From an archaeon (GTDB lineage: Archaea > Iainarchaeota > Iainarchaeia > Iainarchaeales > JAAZKV01), in assembly GCA_035355675.1 (NCBI GenBank), contig DAOQRN010000002.1, positions 1,986 through 65,985 of the forward strand: DNA of 64,000 nucleotides, written 5' to 3'. Below the pieces are notes generated by a model that saw only the letters and a program-made list of their open reading frames with translations, searched no databases and was not told the origin of the DNA. This document shows, piece after piece, positions 28,314-38,359 of the stretch. The translations under genes were made by a program, and so were the position numbers. Each line of letters starts with the position of its first letter. Positions within the stretch are counted from its first letter, which is position 1.

Positions 28314-28529
28314 GTGAGTAAAATGGGTAAATCAGTTTCAAAAGTTTTAAAGTATAAAGGGGAAGTTTTGTTAAGAGAATTTCCTGAAAAATTTGGGAAA
28401 AATTTTGAACAAAATAAAAAAGAATTATCTACAATGGAACTTGGTTTATCAAAAACAACAAGAAATGTTGTTGCAGGATATATAATAAGACTTGCTAAAA
28501 GAAAAGAAAAAGAACAACTAAAAAACTAA
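28314..28529 (+). CDS. rps17e: Ribosomal protein S17e
   Basis: FPEKFGKNFEQNK..SKTTRNVVAGYI. Confidence 0.9.
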   Translation: MSKMGKSVSKVLKYKGEVLLREFPEKFGKNFEQNKKELSTMELGLSKTTRNVVAGYIIRLAKRKEKEQLKN

Positions 28530-28607
28530 TTAAGTTCCTTTTTTTTATTTTTTTCTCATTTGGGTCTTTTATTATTTTATTTTTAATTGGTTCATTTTGT
28601 TTATTAG

Positions 28608-30656
28608 TTACATTAGATTTTTTATTTCTAGTTTTGTCGCTTCATCAAGGTTTTTGTCTCTGTAAAGCAAGTAGAGGTTGCTTGATGCTGCTTCTTCTAG
28701 TTGTTTATCATGGGTAATAATAAATATTTGTTCTACTAGTTTTGGCATTTCTTCACGCAACATTTCACTTAGTTTTGAAACAGAGTTTGAGTCAAGATTG
28801 TGTGTTGGTTCGTCAAGTATTAGCATTGAAAGGTTTTTTGTTAAAACTAGTGCAAAAGCCATTCTTATACAGAGTGCAGCAGCACTTCTTTCTCCGCCAG
28901 AAAGTATTCCTTCAACTCTCACCCATTCTCCTCCGCGAGTGAGTACAACTAAGTCATACCCATCCTCAACAATTGAGAGTTTTGCATCAATATAATCTTT
29001 GTAAGGGTAAATTTTTTCCCAAATATTGCTCATTGCAGTATTTATTGTTTCAATCATTTCTTTTCTTAGTTCAATTTGAGTAGCAATTAGACAATTACTA
29101 AAAACTCCAAGATCTTTTGCAGCGTTTTCTTTTTGAATAATTTCATTCTCATTTTTTTCAATGTTTTTTCTTATTTGGGTTATTTTTTCAAGATTATTTT
29201 CAAGACTCCTCTTTAATACGTTTTTTGAAGAAATTTCATTTAAAGCAATTTTTATTTCATTATTTTCTTTAAAATATTTTTCCTTAAGTGTATCCACTAG
29301 TTTTTTATCAAAATTTAATTCTTTTAATTTGTTCTCAATTGTTGGCAGATTTGAGTTTAATTCAATTAATTTTTTTCTTTTTTCTTCAATTTCTTTAATT
29401 TCTTTTAATAAAGATTCTTGTGAGTAGTTTTCTTTTTTAAAGGAATCAATATTTTTTTCAAATTCTTTTTTTTCTTTTTCTTTCTCTTCAACATTTTTCT
29501 TAAGTTCCATTAATTCTTTTTCTTTTATTTGTTTTTCAACTAGATACTCTTGCATTTTTTTGTTTCCTTCTTCAATTATTTGTTTTTTGTGGTTTTCATC
29601 AAGTTTTTGTTTACATTTTGGACAATTTCCTTTTAGTGTAGAAATTTCAATAATTTCTTTTTCAATAGAATTAATTTGAAATGACAGCACTTTTTTTTCT
29701 TCAGAAATTAGTAATATTTTTTCATTAATTGTTCTTATTTCGTCTTCCACTTTTTCCTTAGTATTAATCACTTTTGTTATTTCTTCTTTTATTTTCCTAA
29801 TTGTGTTATTTATTTCAATTTCATTAATTTCTTTTGATTTTTTTAGTTCTTCATTAATTTGCTCAATCTTTGTTTTTATTTTAATTAATTCATTATTCAA
29901 TTGAGTATTTATTTTATCTTTTTCTGCTTCTTTTTTGTATTCGATTTCACTAAGTTCTACACTTTTTTTGCTTTTATTTAATTTTTCTTCAATTGTTTTT
30001 AGTTGGTTTTCTATTTCTTTTATTTGTACAATTATTTTTTCTTCTTCATAATTTTTGAGTGTGCTTTTTTGTTGTTCTAAAAATTCTTTCGCAGTTTTAT
30101 TTTCTTTTACTATTTCGTTTTGAAGTGTTGTAGAGCATTTTCGCGCATTCTCATATTTTTCAAGTTGCAACAATTCATCAAATTTTTTTTTTCTTTCACT
30201 TGGGGATAATTTTAGAAAAAAATCTAGTTCATTTTGTTCAGCATACACTGCGCGTGAGAATATTTCATAATCCATCCCCAATATTTTTTCAATTCTTTCA
30301 TTAACATCTTTTTGTTTTGGCCCTGCAATAAATTTTTTATTTTCATATAATTTTGCTTCATTTGTTCCATCAAGTTTAATTATTCTTTCAACTTCATATT
30401 TTTTTTCTTCTTGAACAAAAGTTAGTTTTATTTCAGAGGTTTCTGATTGGTTGGGTTTATTTTTTATTATTTCTTTTAAAGAAACACTTCTATTTTTTAG
30501 TCCTGGAAAAGTCCCAAATAATCCGTAAGTTATTGCGTTAACAATTGAGCTTTTTCCACTTCCCATTACTCCAATTATTACATTTGTTCCTTTCCCAAAG
30601 TCAAGTGTAGTGTTTGAGTGTGTTCGCCAATTTGTTAGTTCTAGACTTGTTATCAT
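28608..30656 (-). CDS. rad50: Rad50 ATPase
   Basis: GVMGSGKSS, CPKC zinc hook, LSGGE, LDEPTHNLD. Confidence 0.93.
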   Translation of the reverse strand: MITSLELTNWRTHSNTTLDFGKGTNVIIGVMGSGKSSIVNAITYGLFGTFPGLKNRSVSLKEIIKNKPNQSETSEIKLTFVQEEKKYEVERIIKLDGTNEAKLYENKKFIAGPKQKDVNERIEKILGMDYEIFSRAVYAEQNELDFFLKLSPSERKKKFDELLQLEKYENARKCSTTLQNEIVKENKTAKEFLEQQKSTLKNYEEEKIIVQIKEIENQLKTIEEKLNKSKKSVELSEIEYKKEAEKDKINTQLNNELIKIKTKIEQINEELKKSKEINEIEINNTIRKIKEEITKVINTKEKVEDEIRTINEKILLISEEKKVLSFQINSIEKEIIEISTLKGNCPKCKQKLDENHKKQIIEEGNKKMQEYLVEKQIKEKELMELKKNVEEKEKEKKEFEKNIDSFKKENYSQESLLKEIKEIEEKRKKLIELNSNLPTIENKLKELNFDKKLVDTLKEKYFKENNEIKIALNEISSKNVLKRSLENNLEKITQIRKNIEKNENEIIQKENAAKDLGVFSNCLIATQIELRKEMIETINTAMSNIWEKIYPYKDYIDAKLSIVEDGYDLVVLTRGGEWVRVEGILSGGERSAAALCIRMAFALVLTKNLSMLILDEPTHNLDSNSVSKLSEMLREEMPKLVEQIFIITHDKQLEEAASSNLYLLYRDKNLDEATKLEIKNLM

Positions 30657-30758
30657 GAAATAGTTTTGATTGAAAATGAATAAAAAATAGTAGTACTATT
30701 TGTTTATTTTATTATTTTTTAGTGTTAATAATTAAATTAGATTTTTAGTTTTTTTTAT

Positions 30759-31016
30759 TTAAAGTAGTGTCATCATATCTACTTCTACTTGGTTAATTCC
30801 TGGTATTTTTCTAATTGCTTCTTCAAGTTTAGGTAGTGCTCCGTCAGTTTTATCAGGGATAACATACCCTACTCTTATTACTTCTATCCCAAATCCTATT
30901 GGTTCTCTTTTAAGATCTCTAAATGCTCCTTCTTTTACTTCTTTTAAAGCATTTGACACACTATCAAGGTTTTCTGGATCAGAAAATACTTTAAAAACTA
31001 CCATTGCGTTTCCCAT
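30759..31016 (-). CDS. ef1b: Elongation factor 1-beta
   Basis: EPIGFGI..LEEAI..VEV. Confidence 0.9.
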   Translation of the reverse strand: MGNAMVVFKVFSDPENLDSVSNALKEVKEGAFRDLKREPIGFGIEVIRVGYVIPDKTDGALPKLEEAIRKIPGINQVEVDMMTLL

Positions 31017-31064
31017 TTTTGTTTCACTTCTCTTTAATAAAATTTGAATAATTGCGTTTGTTAA

Positions 31065-31220
31065 TTAAGGTCCAACAAATCCGCATTCTTTACAAGTGTA
31101 TGTTTTTGATGTTGTTTTACAGTGGTCGCATCTTACAATTGTTGTTTTTCCGCACTCTGGGCATTTAAACTCAGTTTTTGCGTCTGTTACTATTTTGTTA
31201 CATGTTGTACAAGTTTTCAT
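31065..31220 (-). CDS. Zn-ribbon protein (DUF1610/COG2888 type), not in ORF track
   Basis: MKTCTTC..FKCPECG..RCDHCK..YTCKECGFVGP, canonical neighbour of ef1b. Confidence 0.9.
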   Translation of the reverse strand: MKTCTTCNKIVTDAKTEFKCPECGKTTIVRCDHCKTTSKTYTCKECGFVGP

Positions 31221-31344
31221 TTTTCTCACCAATGCTATTTTTATACTATTTCAATAGAATATTTTCTATTCACTAACCTTTAAAAAGGTTCTTTGAAGGA
31301 CTCTTTTTTGGATCAAAAAAGAGTGTTTAAAGTTTTTGATTTTT

Positions 31345-31432
31345 GGGCCCGTCTGCCAATGGATTAAGCGGCGAGACTTCGGACAATTTTGAGAGATATC
31401 TCGAGATGGGGGTTCGATTCCCTCCGGGCCCG
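31345..31432 (+). tRNA. tRNA-Arg(TCG) with 15-nt intron at 37/38 (31383-31397)
   Basis: GGGCCCG acceptor, CGAGA-CT TCG G[intron]A-TCTCG, GGTTCGATTCC. Confidence 0.85.
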
Positions 31433-31448
31433 TTAGTTTTTTTATTAA

Positions 31449-31907
31449 TTAAATTCTAATTTTTACTCTTGTAGTTGGTTTCTTTTTTCCTTGTGCAACT
31501 TTTTTTTGAATAATTGCTTCTCTTAATGTACTTCTTTTTTTCATTTTCTCTACTTCTGCTCCTAATCTTTTTTTGACAAGGTTTGCAATAGCATTATTTG
31601 TACTTCCTTCTATTTGAAAGATGTTGTTTCTTTTTAGTTGTTCAAAAACAATTGGGCTCATATTAATTATTGCTTTTGTTGTTGCGAGTCTTTCTTTTTT
31701 ACTTGTTGGGTTATTAGTTTGAAGATCACTTACAATTAATTTGTCCTTTATTTGATAACCCATTATTCTTACTCCAAATTTATTTTCGGGAAAGATATAA
31801 TGAATTAAACATTCAGTAATTCCATCATGTGGATAAATTCCAAAAATTATTTCATGTCCTTTTCCAAATTGTTTTTCTAAATTAATTATTTTGGTCATTT
31901 TTTTCAC
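31449..31907 (-). CDS. Basic hypothetical protein
   Basis: Overlaps cca stop by 4 nt (GTGA). Confidence 0.6.
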   Translation of the reverse strand: MKKMTKIINLEKQFGKGHEIIFGIYPHDGITECLIHYIFPENKFGVRIMGYQIKDKLIVSDLQTNNPTSKKERLATTKAIINMSPIVFEQLKRNNIFQIEGSTNNAIANLVKKRLGAEVEKMKKRSTLREAIIQKKVAQGKKKPTTRVKIRI

Positions 31908-33271
31908 TCAAATATTTCTTTTCCTTTTATATATCTTGTTAAGTATTCAGCAAATTCTCCCTTATAGTGTTTTATTATTTCTTTTTCATCAAGAACTTTT
32001 GCTTTTTTACAAAATATTTTTAATGATTCTTTTTCTTGTTTTGACATTTCTTTTAAAAAGTTTTCTAGTATTTTTTTGCTTTCAGTTTCTTTTCTTTCAA
32101 TATCAATTGTAATTCTTCCTTCTTTAATATAGGGTCCTGCTACAATTTTTCTTTTCTTTTCGAGGAATTTTTTAGAGTTTTCTTCATCAGTTGCTTGTGG
32201 TCCACTAATTGTTTTAATTTTTTGGAGATTTTTTTCTCTTAGAGTGAAAATAAATACCACTTCTTTTTCATTACTCCACAAATTGCTTCTTTCAACAATA
32301 AAATCTTGTTCTCCTAAATGTGTTTCACTTTTTTTCAAAAATCTTCTTAATTGTCCCCAAAATAGGTCTGGGAGTATTTTTTTTGGAAAAACTGATTTTA
32401 TTGCAATTAATTCTCTTTTTTCTAGTTCTTTTTTTAGTTCATTTTTATTTAATTTTTTTGTTTTTTCTTTAAAAAAGAATTTTTCAGATGGATTTTCTAA
32501 AAATTTTTTTGCAGCATAAACTAATCTTTGAAATTGTTCTTCAGATAGTGCACTTGCAACATTTCTGTTATTGTCAACTGGGTCAATTATTATTAATGGG
32601 GTGCCTTTAAACTGTTCTGCATTTTTTTCGTTTGAATTTTCAAACAACAATATTTTTCCAGTATTCCATTTAGATATTTCTTTTATCGCATTATCAAATG
32701 TTTCATAATGTAATACTAATAGTTCAATTGCATATCCTGGAAGGGCACAATTTTTCAAATCCGCGCCATAAGCGTCTATTCCTTTCATAAATTGTTTTAA
32801 AAGTCGGGTGTCTTTTCTTTGTTCAATACTCATCCCATTTTGAATATATTTATTATGAAAGGGGGTTCGATCTACTGCACTTTTTATGTCATTCCCTGAT
32901 TTTACCTTATAACTTGGGACAATTTCAACATCAAATCCCTTATATACTCCTCTAATGTAAGGGTGCTGGGAGTATGCTTTTTCCCATTTTTTTCCTTTAA
33001 AAACGATTTTACCAATTTTTATTCCTTCTTTTTCTAGTTCTTTTTCAGTTAGTTCTCGATCAAACATTACAAAAAGATCCAAGTCTTGATCATTATGTAA
33101 ATGTGTATCTCTTGCACTGCTTCCACACCACTCTAAATTTAAGTGTTTTCCTTTAATTTTCATTATTTTTTTTTCAATTTCTTCAAATATTTTTTTTTCA
33201 AGCATTTTTTCCTTTTTTGAAGGAGTAATTTTTTTAAGTACATTTTTGTATAGTTTATTCATGATTTTCAC
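31904..33271 (-). CDS. cca: Archaeal class I CCA-adding enzyme
   Basis: GSSARDT..DLDLF, YSQHPY, SAVDRTPFH, DPVDNNRNVA. Confidence 0.95.
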   Translation of the reverse strand: MKIMNKLYKNVLKKITPSKKEKMLEKKIFEEIEKKIMKIKGKHLNLEWCGSSARDTHLHNDQDLDLFVMFDRELTEKELEKEGIKIGKIVFKGKKWEKAYSQHPYIRGVYKGFDVEIVPSYKVKSGNDIKSAVDRTPFHNKYIQNGMSIEQRKDTRLLKQFMKGIDAYGADLKNCALPGYAIELLVLHYETFDNAIKEISKWNTGKILLFENSNEKNAEQFKGTPLIIIDPVDNNRNVASALSEEQFQRLVYAAKKFLENPSEKFFFKEKTKKLNKNELKKELEKRELIAIKSVFPKKILPDLFWGQLRRFLKKSETHLGEQDFIVERSNLWSNEKEVVFIFTLREKNLQKIKTISGPQATDEENSKKFLEKKRKIVAGPYIKEGRITIDIERKETESKKILENFLKEMSKQEKESLKIFCKKAKVLDEKEIIKHYKGEFAEYLTRYIKGKEIFE

Positions 33272-33306
33272 TTTATAATAAGTTTATTATACCTCTTTTT
33301 ATATAA

Positions 33307-34848
33307 ATGGTTTCAATGAACTTTACAGATATTCGTTTAAAGAAGATTTCAGAATCTACTCTTTGTGAGATTTTTGAAGGAGTTTCTTATAATTTTTATG
33401 ATATAAAAAGTGCCCCATTTTCCGAACTTGAGCAAAAATTTGCAAATTTACTAATACGATTATTACAACGAAATGCTTCTTTATTAGAATTTAGTGCTTT
33501 TGATTTGCCTGATGGATTTTCAGACGCTTTTAAAGATGAAGTTATTTCTTTTGTTGAATCTAATGGATTAGTGGATAGAATTCCATCAAATAAACTTTTT
33601 ATTTCGGTTTTAGAAGTTTTGGCAAGAATTATTTCTAATATTTCTTTTATTTCAGATAAGGCAACTTTTTGTGAGTTTGTTCTTCAAAATTCTATTGGGC
33701 TTAAACAATTAGCTTTTTTTTCTTTAGATGAAGAGTTAGAAGAATTAATGGTTAATGGATTAGATAATGTTTTTGTTTTTCATAAAAAATTTGGTATGTG
33801 TAAAGTTAATGTTAGTTTTGATGAGAGAGCATTGTCTTTTTTGTTGGGGCGTATTGCTTTTTCTTCAGGAAAAAATTTTGACACTGAACATCCTTTGCTT
33901 GATACGAGATTACCTGATGGTTCAAGAGTAAATGCTTTAATGGGGTTTCTTGCAAAATCTGGTATTTCATTAACTATTAGAAAGTTTTCTCAAAATCCAA
34001 TAACAATTCTTGATTTAATTGAAAATAAAACAATTTCTTCTGATTTAGCTGCTTTTTTATGGGTTATGGTAGATGGGTATGGAACTTTTCCAAAAAATGT
34101 TTTAATTGTTGGTGGGACAGCTTCTGGAAAAACTACTTTACTCAATGTTTTAGGTAATTTTGCAAGGCTTCATGAAAGAATTGTTTCTATTGAGGATACA
34201 TTTGAAATTTCTTTACTTTCTCGTGATAATTGGGTTGCTTTAGAAGCAAAGGGAAGTCTTGATGAAGATATTTCAATGGATGTTTTGCTAAAAAATTCTT
34301 TAAGAATGCGACCTGATAGAATAATTGTTGGGGAAGTTAGAGGAAAAGAAGCATTAACTTTATTCACTGCAATGGATAATGGTCATTCAGGGTGTCTTGG
34401 AACAATTCATTCTAATAGTTCTAGAGAACTTGTAGTTAAATTACAAGAACGTCCCTTTTCAATTCCAACTACAATGATTCCTTTATTGGATTTAATTGTT
34501 GTAATGCAAAGAACTTATTCTAAGTCAACTGGGATTAAGAGAAAAGTTGTTGAAGTTTCTGAAGTTTCAAGAATGGATAATAAGGTGTTACTTGGAAATA
34601 TTTATTCTTATAATGATTCTTTTGGAGAAGTTAGGCGTACTGATATACCGATTGGGCTATTTGATATTTTATCTCAACAATTATCTATAACAAAGAATGA
34701 TTTAAAGAAAGAAATTGAAATAAGAAAATTAATTTTAGAATGGATGATTGAAAAAAAAATTAGAAAACCAAATGATGTTTTAGAATTTATACAATCCTAT
34801 TATTATCGTCCAGAAAAAGTTTTACAAATGATTAAATCAGAGGAATAA
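33307..34848 (+). CDS. Stand-alone CpaF/TadA-type secretion ATPase
   Basis: RLPDGSRVNA, GGTASGKTT, LRMRPDRIIVGEVRG, GTIH. Confidence 0.92.
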   Translation: MVSMNFTDIRLKKISESTLCEIFEGVSYNFYDIKSAPFSELEQKFANLLIRLLQRNASLLEFSAFDLPDGFSDAFKDEVISFVESNGLVDRIPSNKLFISVLEVLARIISNISFISDKATFCEFVLQNSIGLKQLAFFSLDEELEELMVNGLDNVFVFHKKFGMCKVNVSFDERALSFLLGRIAFSSGKNFDTEHPLLDTRLPDGSRVNALMGFLAKSGISLTIRKFSQNPITILDLIENKTISSDLAAFLWVMVDGYGTFPKNVLIVGGTASGKTTLLNVLGNFARLHERIVSIEDTFEISLLSRDNWVALEAKGSLDEDISMDVLLKNSLRMRPDRIIVGEVRGKEALTLFTAMDNGHSGCLGTIHSNSSRELVVKLQERPFSIPTTMIPLLDLIVVMQRTYSKSTGIKRKVVEVSEVSRMDNKVLLGNIYSYNDSFGEVRRTDIPIGLFDILSQQLSITKNDLKKEIEIRKLILEWMIEKKIRKPNDVLEFIQSYYYRPEKVLQMIKSEE

Positions 34849-34879
34849 TAAGATTTTTTTGTTTAGTTAATTTTTTTAA

Positions 34880-35473
34880 TTATTTTTTTATTTCTTTTTT
34901 AATTTGTTTAGTTAATTTTTTTAATACTTCTTGGTTTTTTATAAATTTTTGATTTGCTTTTTTTACTAAATATTCTAAATATTTTTTATCAACACAAAAA
35001 TTACCTTCTTTTATTGGGGTGGTGATGTTATGAGTTCCAAGAATTTCAATGATATATTTTCCTTCTTTAACTACTTTTATTCCTGCTCTTTTTAACCCTA
35101 CTTTTTCACATAAAACTAATATTTTTTTTGCATTTTCAATACTATTTGCTCCAATGTGTAAAATTATCGGTTCTTGTTTAAACCATAAAATGTGTCCATT
35201 ATATGATTTTATTCCTTCTTCTATTTCTTTTAATTTTACAATTCTGTGCCATTTTCTATGGAATGCGCTTTCTCTTTTTTCTTCTTCTTTATTAAGTCCT
35301 ACAAGTGAAATTCTTCCAGAACAACAACTACTAGTAAAGTATTCTTTAGTTTTTGTTATGTGTGTACAAAGTGGGATGAATTCTTTGTCCATTTTTCCAT
35401 CTTTTTTTGCTTTTAAAAAAGTTTGGGTGTGATGTTTTTTTGTCATTTGGAATCGACTTTCTTTTTCATCCAT
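34880..35473 (-). CDS. taw3: tRNA wyosine methyltransferase Taw3
   Basis: YFTSSCCSGRI, KWH, QEPIILH. Confidence 0.88.
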   Translation of the reverse strand: MDEKESRFQMTKKHHTQTFLKAKKDGKMDKEFIPLCTHITKTKEYFTSSCCSGRISLVGLNKEEEKRESAFHRKWHRIVKLKEIEEGIKSYNGHILWFKQEPIILHIGANSIENAKKILVLCEKVGLKRAGIKVVKEGKYIIEILGTHNITTPIKEGNFCVDKKYLEYLVKKANQKFIKNQEVLKKLTKQIKKEIKK

Positions 35474-35520
35474 AAAATACCCTTTTTATTTCTTTTGTTA
35501 CTAAATTAATTTGATTTATT

Positions 35521-36303
35521 ATGTTTAAAAAGGCGTTGTTTTTATTTTTTTTAATTTTAGTATTAAACAGTGTTTTTTCTTTAAGATTAATTGGCCCTGT
35601 TTATACCGACCTTAATGGGAATGATTATGTTGGATCAATTTTGCCTGGAAGTAATTTGGAATTGACTTTTTCAAAACAATTTGATAGGTATGTTTCATTG
35701 GAATTAGTTTCTCAACTTCCATCAGGGTTTGAAAGTAAAATAGTTGAGGAAGTAGATTATTCAAAAATTTTAATTTCTTCTCCTAAAAATGCAGTGCTTG
35801 GAAAATATCCATTAACATTGGAATTTATTGGGGAAAAAGAATCGGTTGTATTTCAAGTTTATTTTTTAGTTGAAAAAGATTTATTGACTGTTTCATCAGA
35901 TAATTATTTTGCTTCTTCAAACGTTGGTGAAAAGGCAGTATATAACTTTACTTTTATTAATAATTCTCATGCGGATGTTAATTTTACAATAATTAATGAA
36001 CTTCCATGGTTTTGGAATTCTGATTCTTTTTTTGAACAAGAAAATGTAAAAGTGCTTGTTCCATCAAAATCAACAAAAGAAGGTTCATTATTTATTTATC
36101 CAAGAAAGCAAGGGGAAACAATTTTTAATACCACAATTTTTTTTGATAATTCTTCAGAAAGCAGATCATTTTCATTAAGACTTAATGCAACGCCAAGTAT
36201 TAAAGGAAAAACAGAGTCAGTATTTTTTGGTTTACCTTTTTATTCATTTTCTTTGATGCCTAATTATTTAATTAATGGTTTGTTTAGTTTATATTTTAAC
36301 TAA
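35521..36303 (+). CDS. Secreted/surface protein with beta-sandwich-like domains
   Basis: Signal peptide, beta-rich sequence, hydrophobic C-terminus. Confidence 0.65.
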   Translation: MFKKALFLFFLILVLNSVFSLRLIGPVYTDLNGNDYVGSILPGSNLELTFSKQFDRYVSLELVSQLPSGFESKIVEEVDYSKILISSPKNAVLGKYPLTLEFIGEKESVVFQVYFLVEKDLLTVSSDNYFASSNVGEKAVYNFTFINNSHADVNFTIINELPWFWNSDSFFEQENVKVLVPSKSTKEGSLFIYPRKQGETIFNTTIFFDNSSESRSFSLRLNATPSIKGKTESVFFGLPFYSFSLMPNYLINGLFSLYFN

Positions 36304-36308
36304 TTTTT

Positions 36309-37913
36309 ATGCCTCGAAAAGATAATTATAGTAAAGAGCACATTTCATTTGCAAAAAAAATAATTCAAGAAATTAATTCAGGGCTAATTAATAATTCAAA
36401 AACTCTTGAAGATCGAAGTTTTTTTTGGAGTAAATTTTTTAAATTAAAAGAAATGCCTTCGCACCCTTTCATTTTTTCTTTTGTTTCAGAAAAAGAAAAA
36501 GAAAATAAAAAATTTATTTCACTTTTATCAATAAAACCTACTCGGAGTCTTTCAGGAGTTCAAGTTGTTGCAGTAATGTTGCCCCCTTTTGCTTGTCCTG
36601 GTAAGTGTATTTATTGTCCTAATCAATTTGATGGAAAAATAGCTCCAAAATCTTATACTGGTTTTGAGCCATCTACATTAAGGGCCCAGAGATTAAATTA
36701 TGATTCTTTTGAAATTGTTTCTAATAGAATTAAACAACTTGATCTTACTGGACACAGGGCTGAAAAAATAGAACTTATTTTTCAAGGAAGTACATTTACT
36801 TGTTTGAATAAAAAAAAGCAAGAAATTATTGTAAAAAAATCTCTTGAGGCGATTGTTGAAAAAAAATGTTCTTCTTTTGATAAAGTTAAATTTTTGGCTG
36901 AGACATCAAAAAGAAGAGTCGTTGGGATTACTTTTGAAACAAGGCCTGATTATTGTAATGAAAAGGATATTGAACAAATGTTATATTTGGGTGGGACAAG
37001 AGTAGAACTTGGTGTTCAACATGCTGATGATTTAGTTTATAAAAAAATACAAAGGGGGCATTCAGTAGAAGATGTTATTAATTCAACTTCAAGACTTAAA
37101 GATTCTTCATTTAAAGTGTTATACCATTTGATGCCAGGTCTTCCTGGAACTACTCCAAAAAAAGATTTAAAAAATTTCAAAAAAATATTTAAAGACCCTA
37201 ATTTCAAACCAGATATGGTAAAATTTTATCCTTGTTTAGTAATAAAAAACTCAGAACTTTATAATGAGTGGAAAAAAGGGAGGTTTAATCCAATTTCTGA
37301 AAAAGATGCAATTTATGTTTTAAGTGAAATACAAAAAGAAATTCCCCCATGGGTAAGAGTAATGAGAATTAATAGGGATATTCCTGGAAATATAATTTCT
37401 GCAGGAATTAAGACTACTAATTTAAGACAAGTTATTGATGAGTATATGAAAAAAAATGGAATTGTGAGTAAAGATATACGTTCAAGAGAAGCAGGATTAT
37501 TATCACGGGACAAAGAAATTGATTATTCAAAAGCAAAAATTAAAAGAATTTTTTATGAATCTTCAAGTGGTGAAGAAGTTTTTATTTCAATGGAATCAAA
37601 AGATGCTTTATTTGGTTTTGTAAGATTAAGAAATCCGGCTAATCCTTTTATTAAATCAATAAAAAGCAAAACTTCTTTGATTAGAGAACTTCATGTTTAT
37701 GGGAAAGCTCTTTCTCTTGGTAAAAAAGATGAAGAAAGCACTCAACATAGGGGATTTGGTAAGGAGTTAATGGATGAGGCTGAAAAAATTGCAAGAGAAA
37801 AGTTTGATTCAAAAAAAATCGCAGTTATTTCAGGTCTTGGTGTTAGAAATTATTATAAAAAACAATTTAATTATAAAATTGAAGAACCATTTGTTTCAAA
37901 AATATTAAAATAA
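36309..37913 (+). CDS. elp3: Elp3 radical SAM tRNA U34 acetyltransferase
   Basis: TRSLSGV, CPGKCIYCP, ETRPD, ELHVYG, QHRGFG. Confidence 0.95.
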   Translation: MPRKDNYSKEHISFAKKIIQEINSGLINNSKTLEDRSFFWSKFFKLKEMPSHPFIFSFVSEKEKENKKFISLLSIKPTRSLSGVQVVAVMLPPFACPGKCIYCPNQFDGKIAPKSYTGFEPSTLRAQRLNYDSFEIVSNRIKQLDLTGHRAEKIELIFQGSTFTCLNKKKQEIIVKKSLEAIVEKKCSSFDKVKFLAETSKRRVVGITFETRPDYCNEKDIEQMLYLGGTRVELGVQHADDLVYKKIQRGHSVEDVINSTSRLKDSSFKVLYHLMPGLPGTTPKKDLKNFKKIFKDPNFKPDMVKFYPCLVIKNSELYNEWKKGRFNPISEKDAIYVLSEIQKEIPPWVRVMRINRDIPGNIISAGIKTTNLRQVIDEYMKKNGIVSKDIRSREAGLLSRDKEIDYSKAKIKRIFYESSSGEEVFISMESKDALFGFVRLRNPANPFIKSIKSKTSLIRELHVYGKALSLGKKDEESTQHRGFGKELMDEAEKIAREKFDSKKIAVISGLGVRNYYKKQFNYKIEEPFVSKILK

Positions 37914-37968
37914 TTTTTTGGCATTTAACTTAAGTTAAATTTAAGTACTGTTTAATCGCTTTTATTTC

Positions 37969-38328
37969 ATGATTGAAATAGTTTTATTTTTGCTAGTATT
38001 ATTATTGCTTGTAATAATTTTCTTTTTATATAAAAGAATTAATTTTTTGAATTTAGAATTAAATAATATTAATTTTTTAAAAAAGTCTCAGAGCATAAAA
38101 TATGGTCAGTTAACAGAACAGTGGATTCCATTTTCAGAAAAATTCCCTTTTTCTCCAAGTTCATTTAAATTTTTAGGGCAACCCATTGATGGTATTGTAT
38201 TTGATGATGAAAAATTAGTTTTTATTGAATTTAAAACAAATAAAAGTAAATTAAATGAGTCTCAAAAAAAAATTAAAAAACTAGTTGATGAAAAAAAAGT
38301 GGAGTGGTTAGAGTTTAGGGTTGAATAA
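37969..38328 (+). CDS. Membrane-anchored Holliday junction resolvase-like PD-(D/E)xK protein
   Basis: N-terminal TM; GQLTEQWIP..FLGQPIDGIVF..FIEFKT. Confidence 0.85.
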   Translation: MIEIVLFLLVLLLLVIIFFLYKRINFLNLELNNINFLKKSQSIKYGQLTEQWIPFSEKFPFSPSSFKFLGQPIDGIVFDDEKLVFIEFKTNKSKLNESQKKIKKLVDEKKVEWLEFRVE

Positions 38329-38359
38329 AAAATAAATAATTTTTAAAATTTTTATTTTA

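Noticed and set aside
31266..31324. Inverted repeats AACCTT-TAAA-AAGGTT and ACTCTTTTTT-N5-AAAAAAGAGT
   Set aside because: Plausibly back-to-back BRE/TATA elements of divergent promoters; no further evidence.
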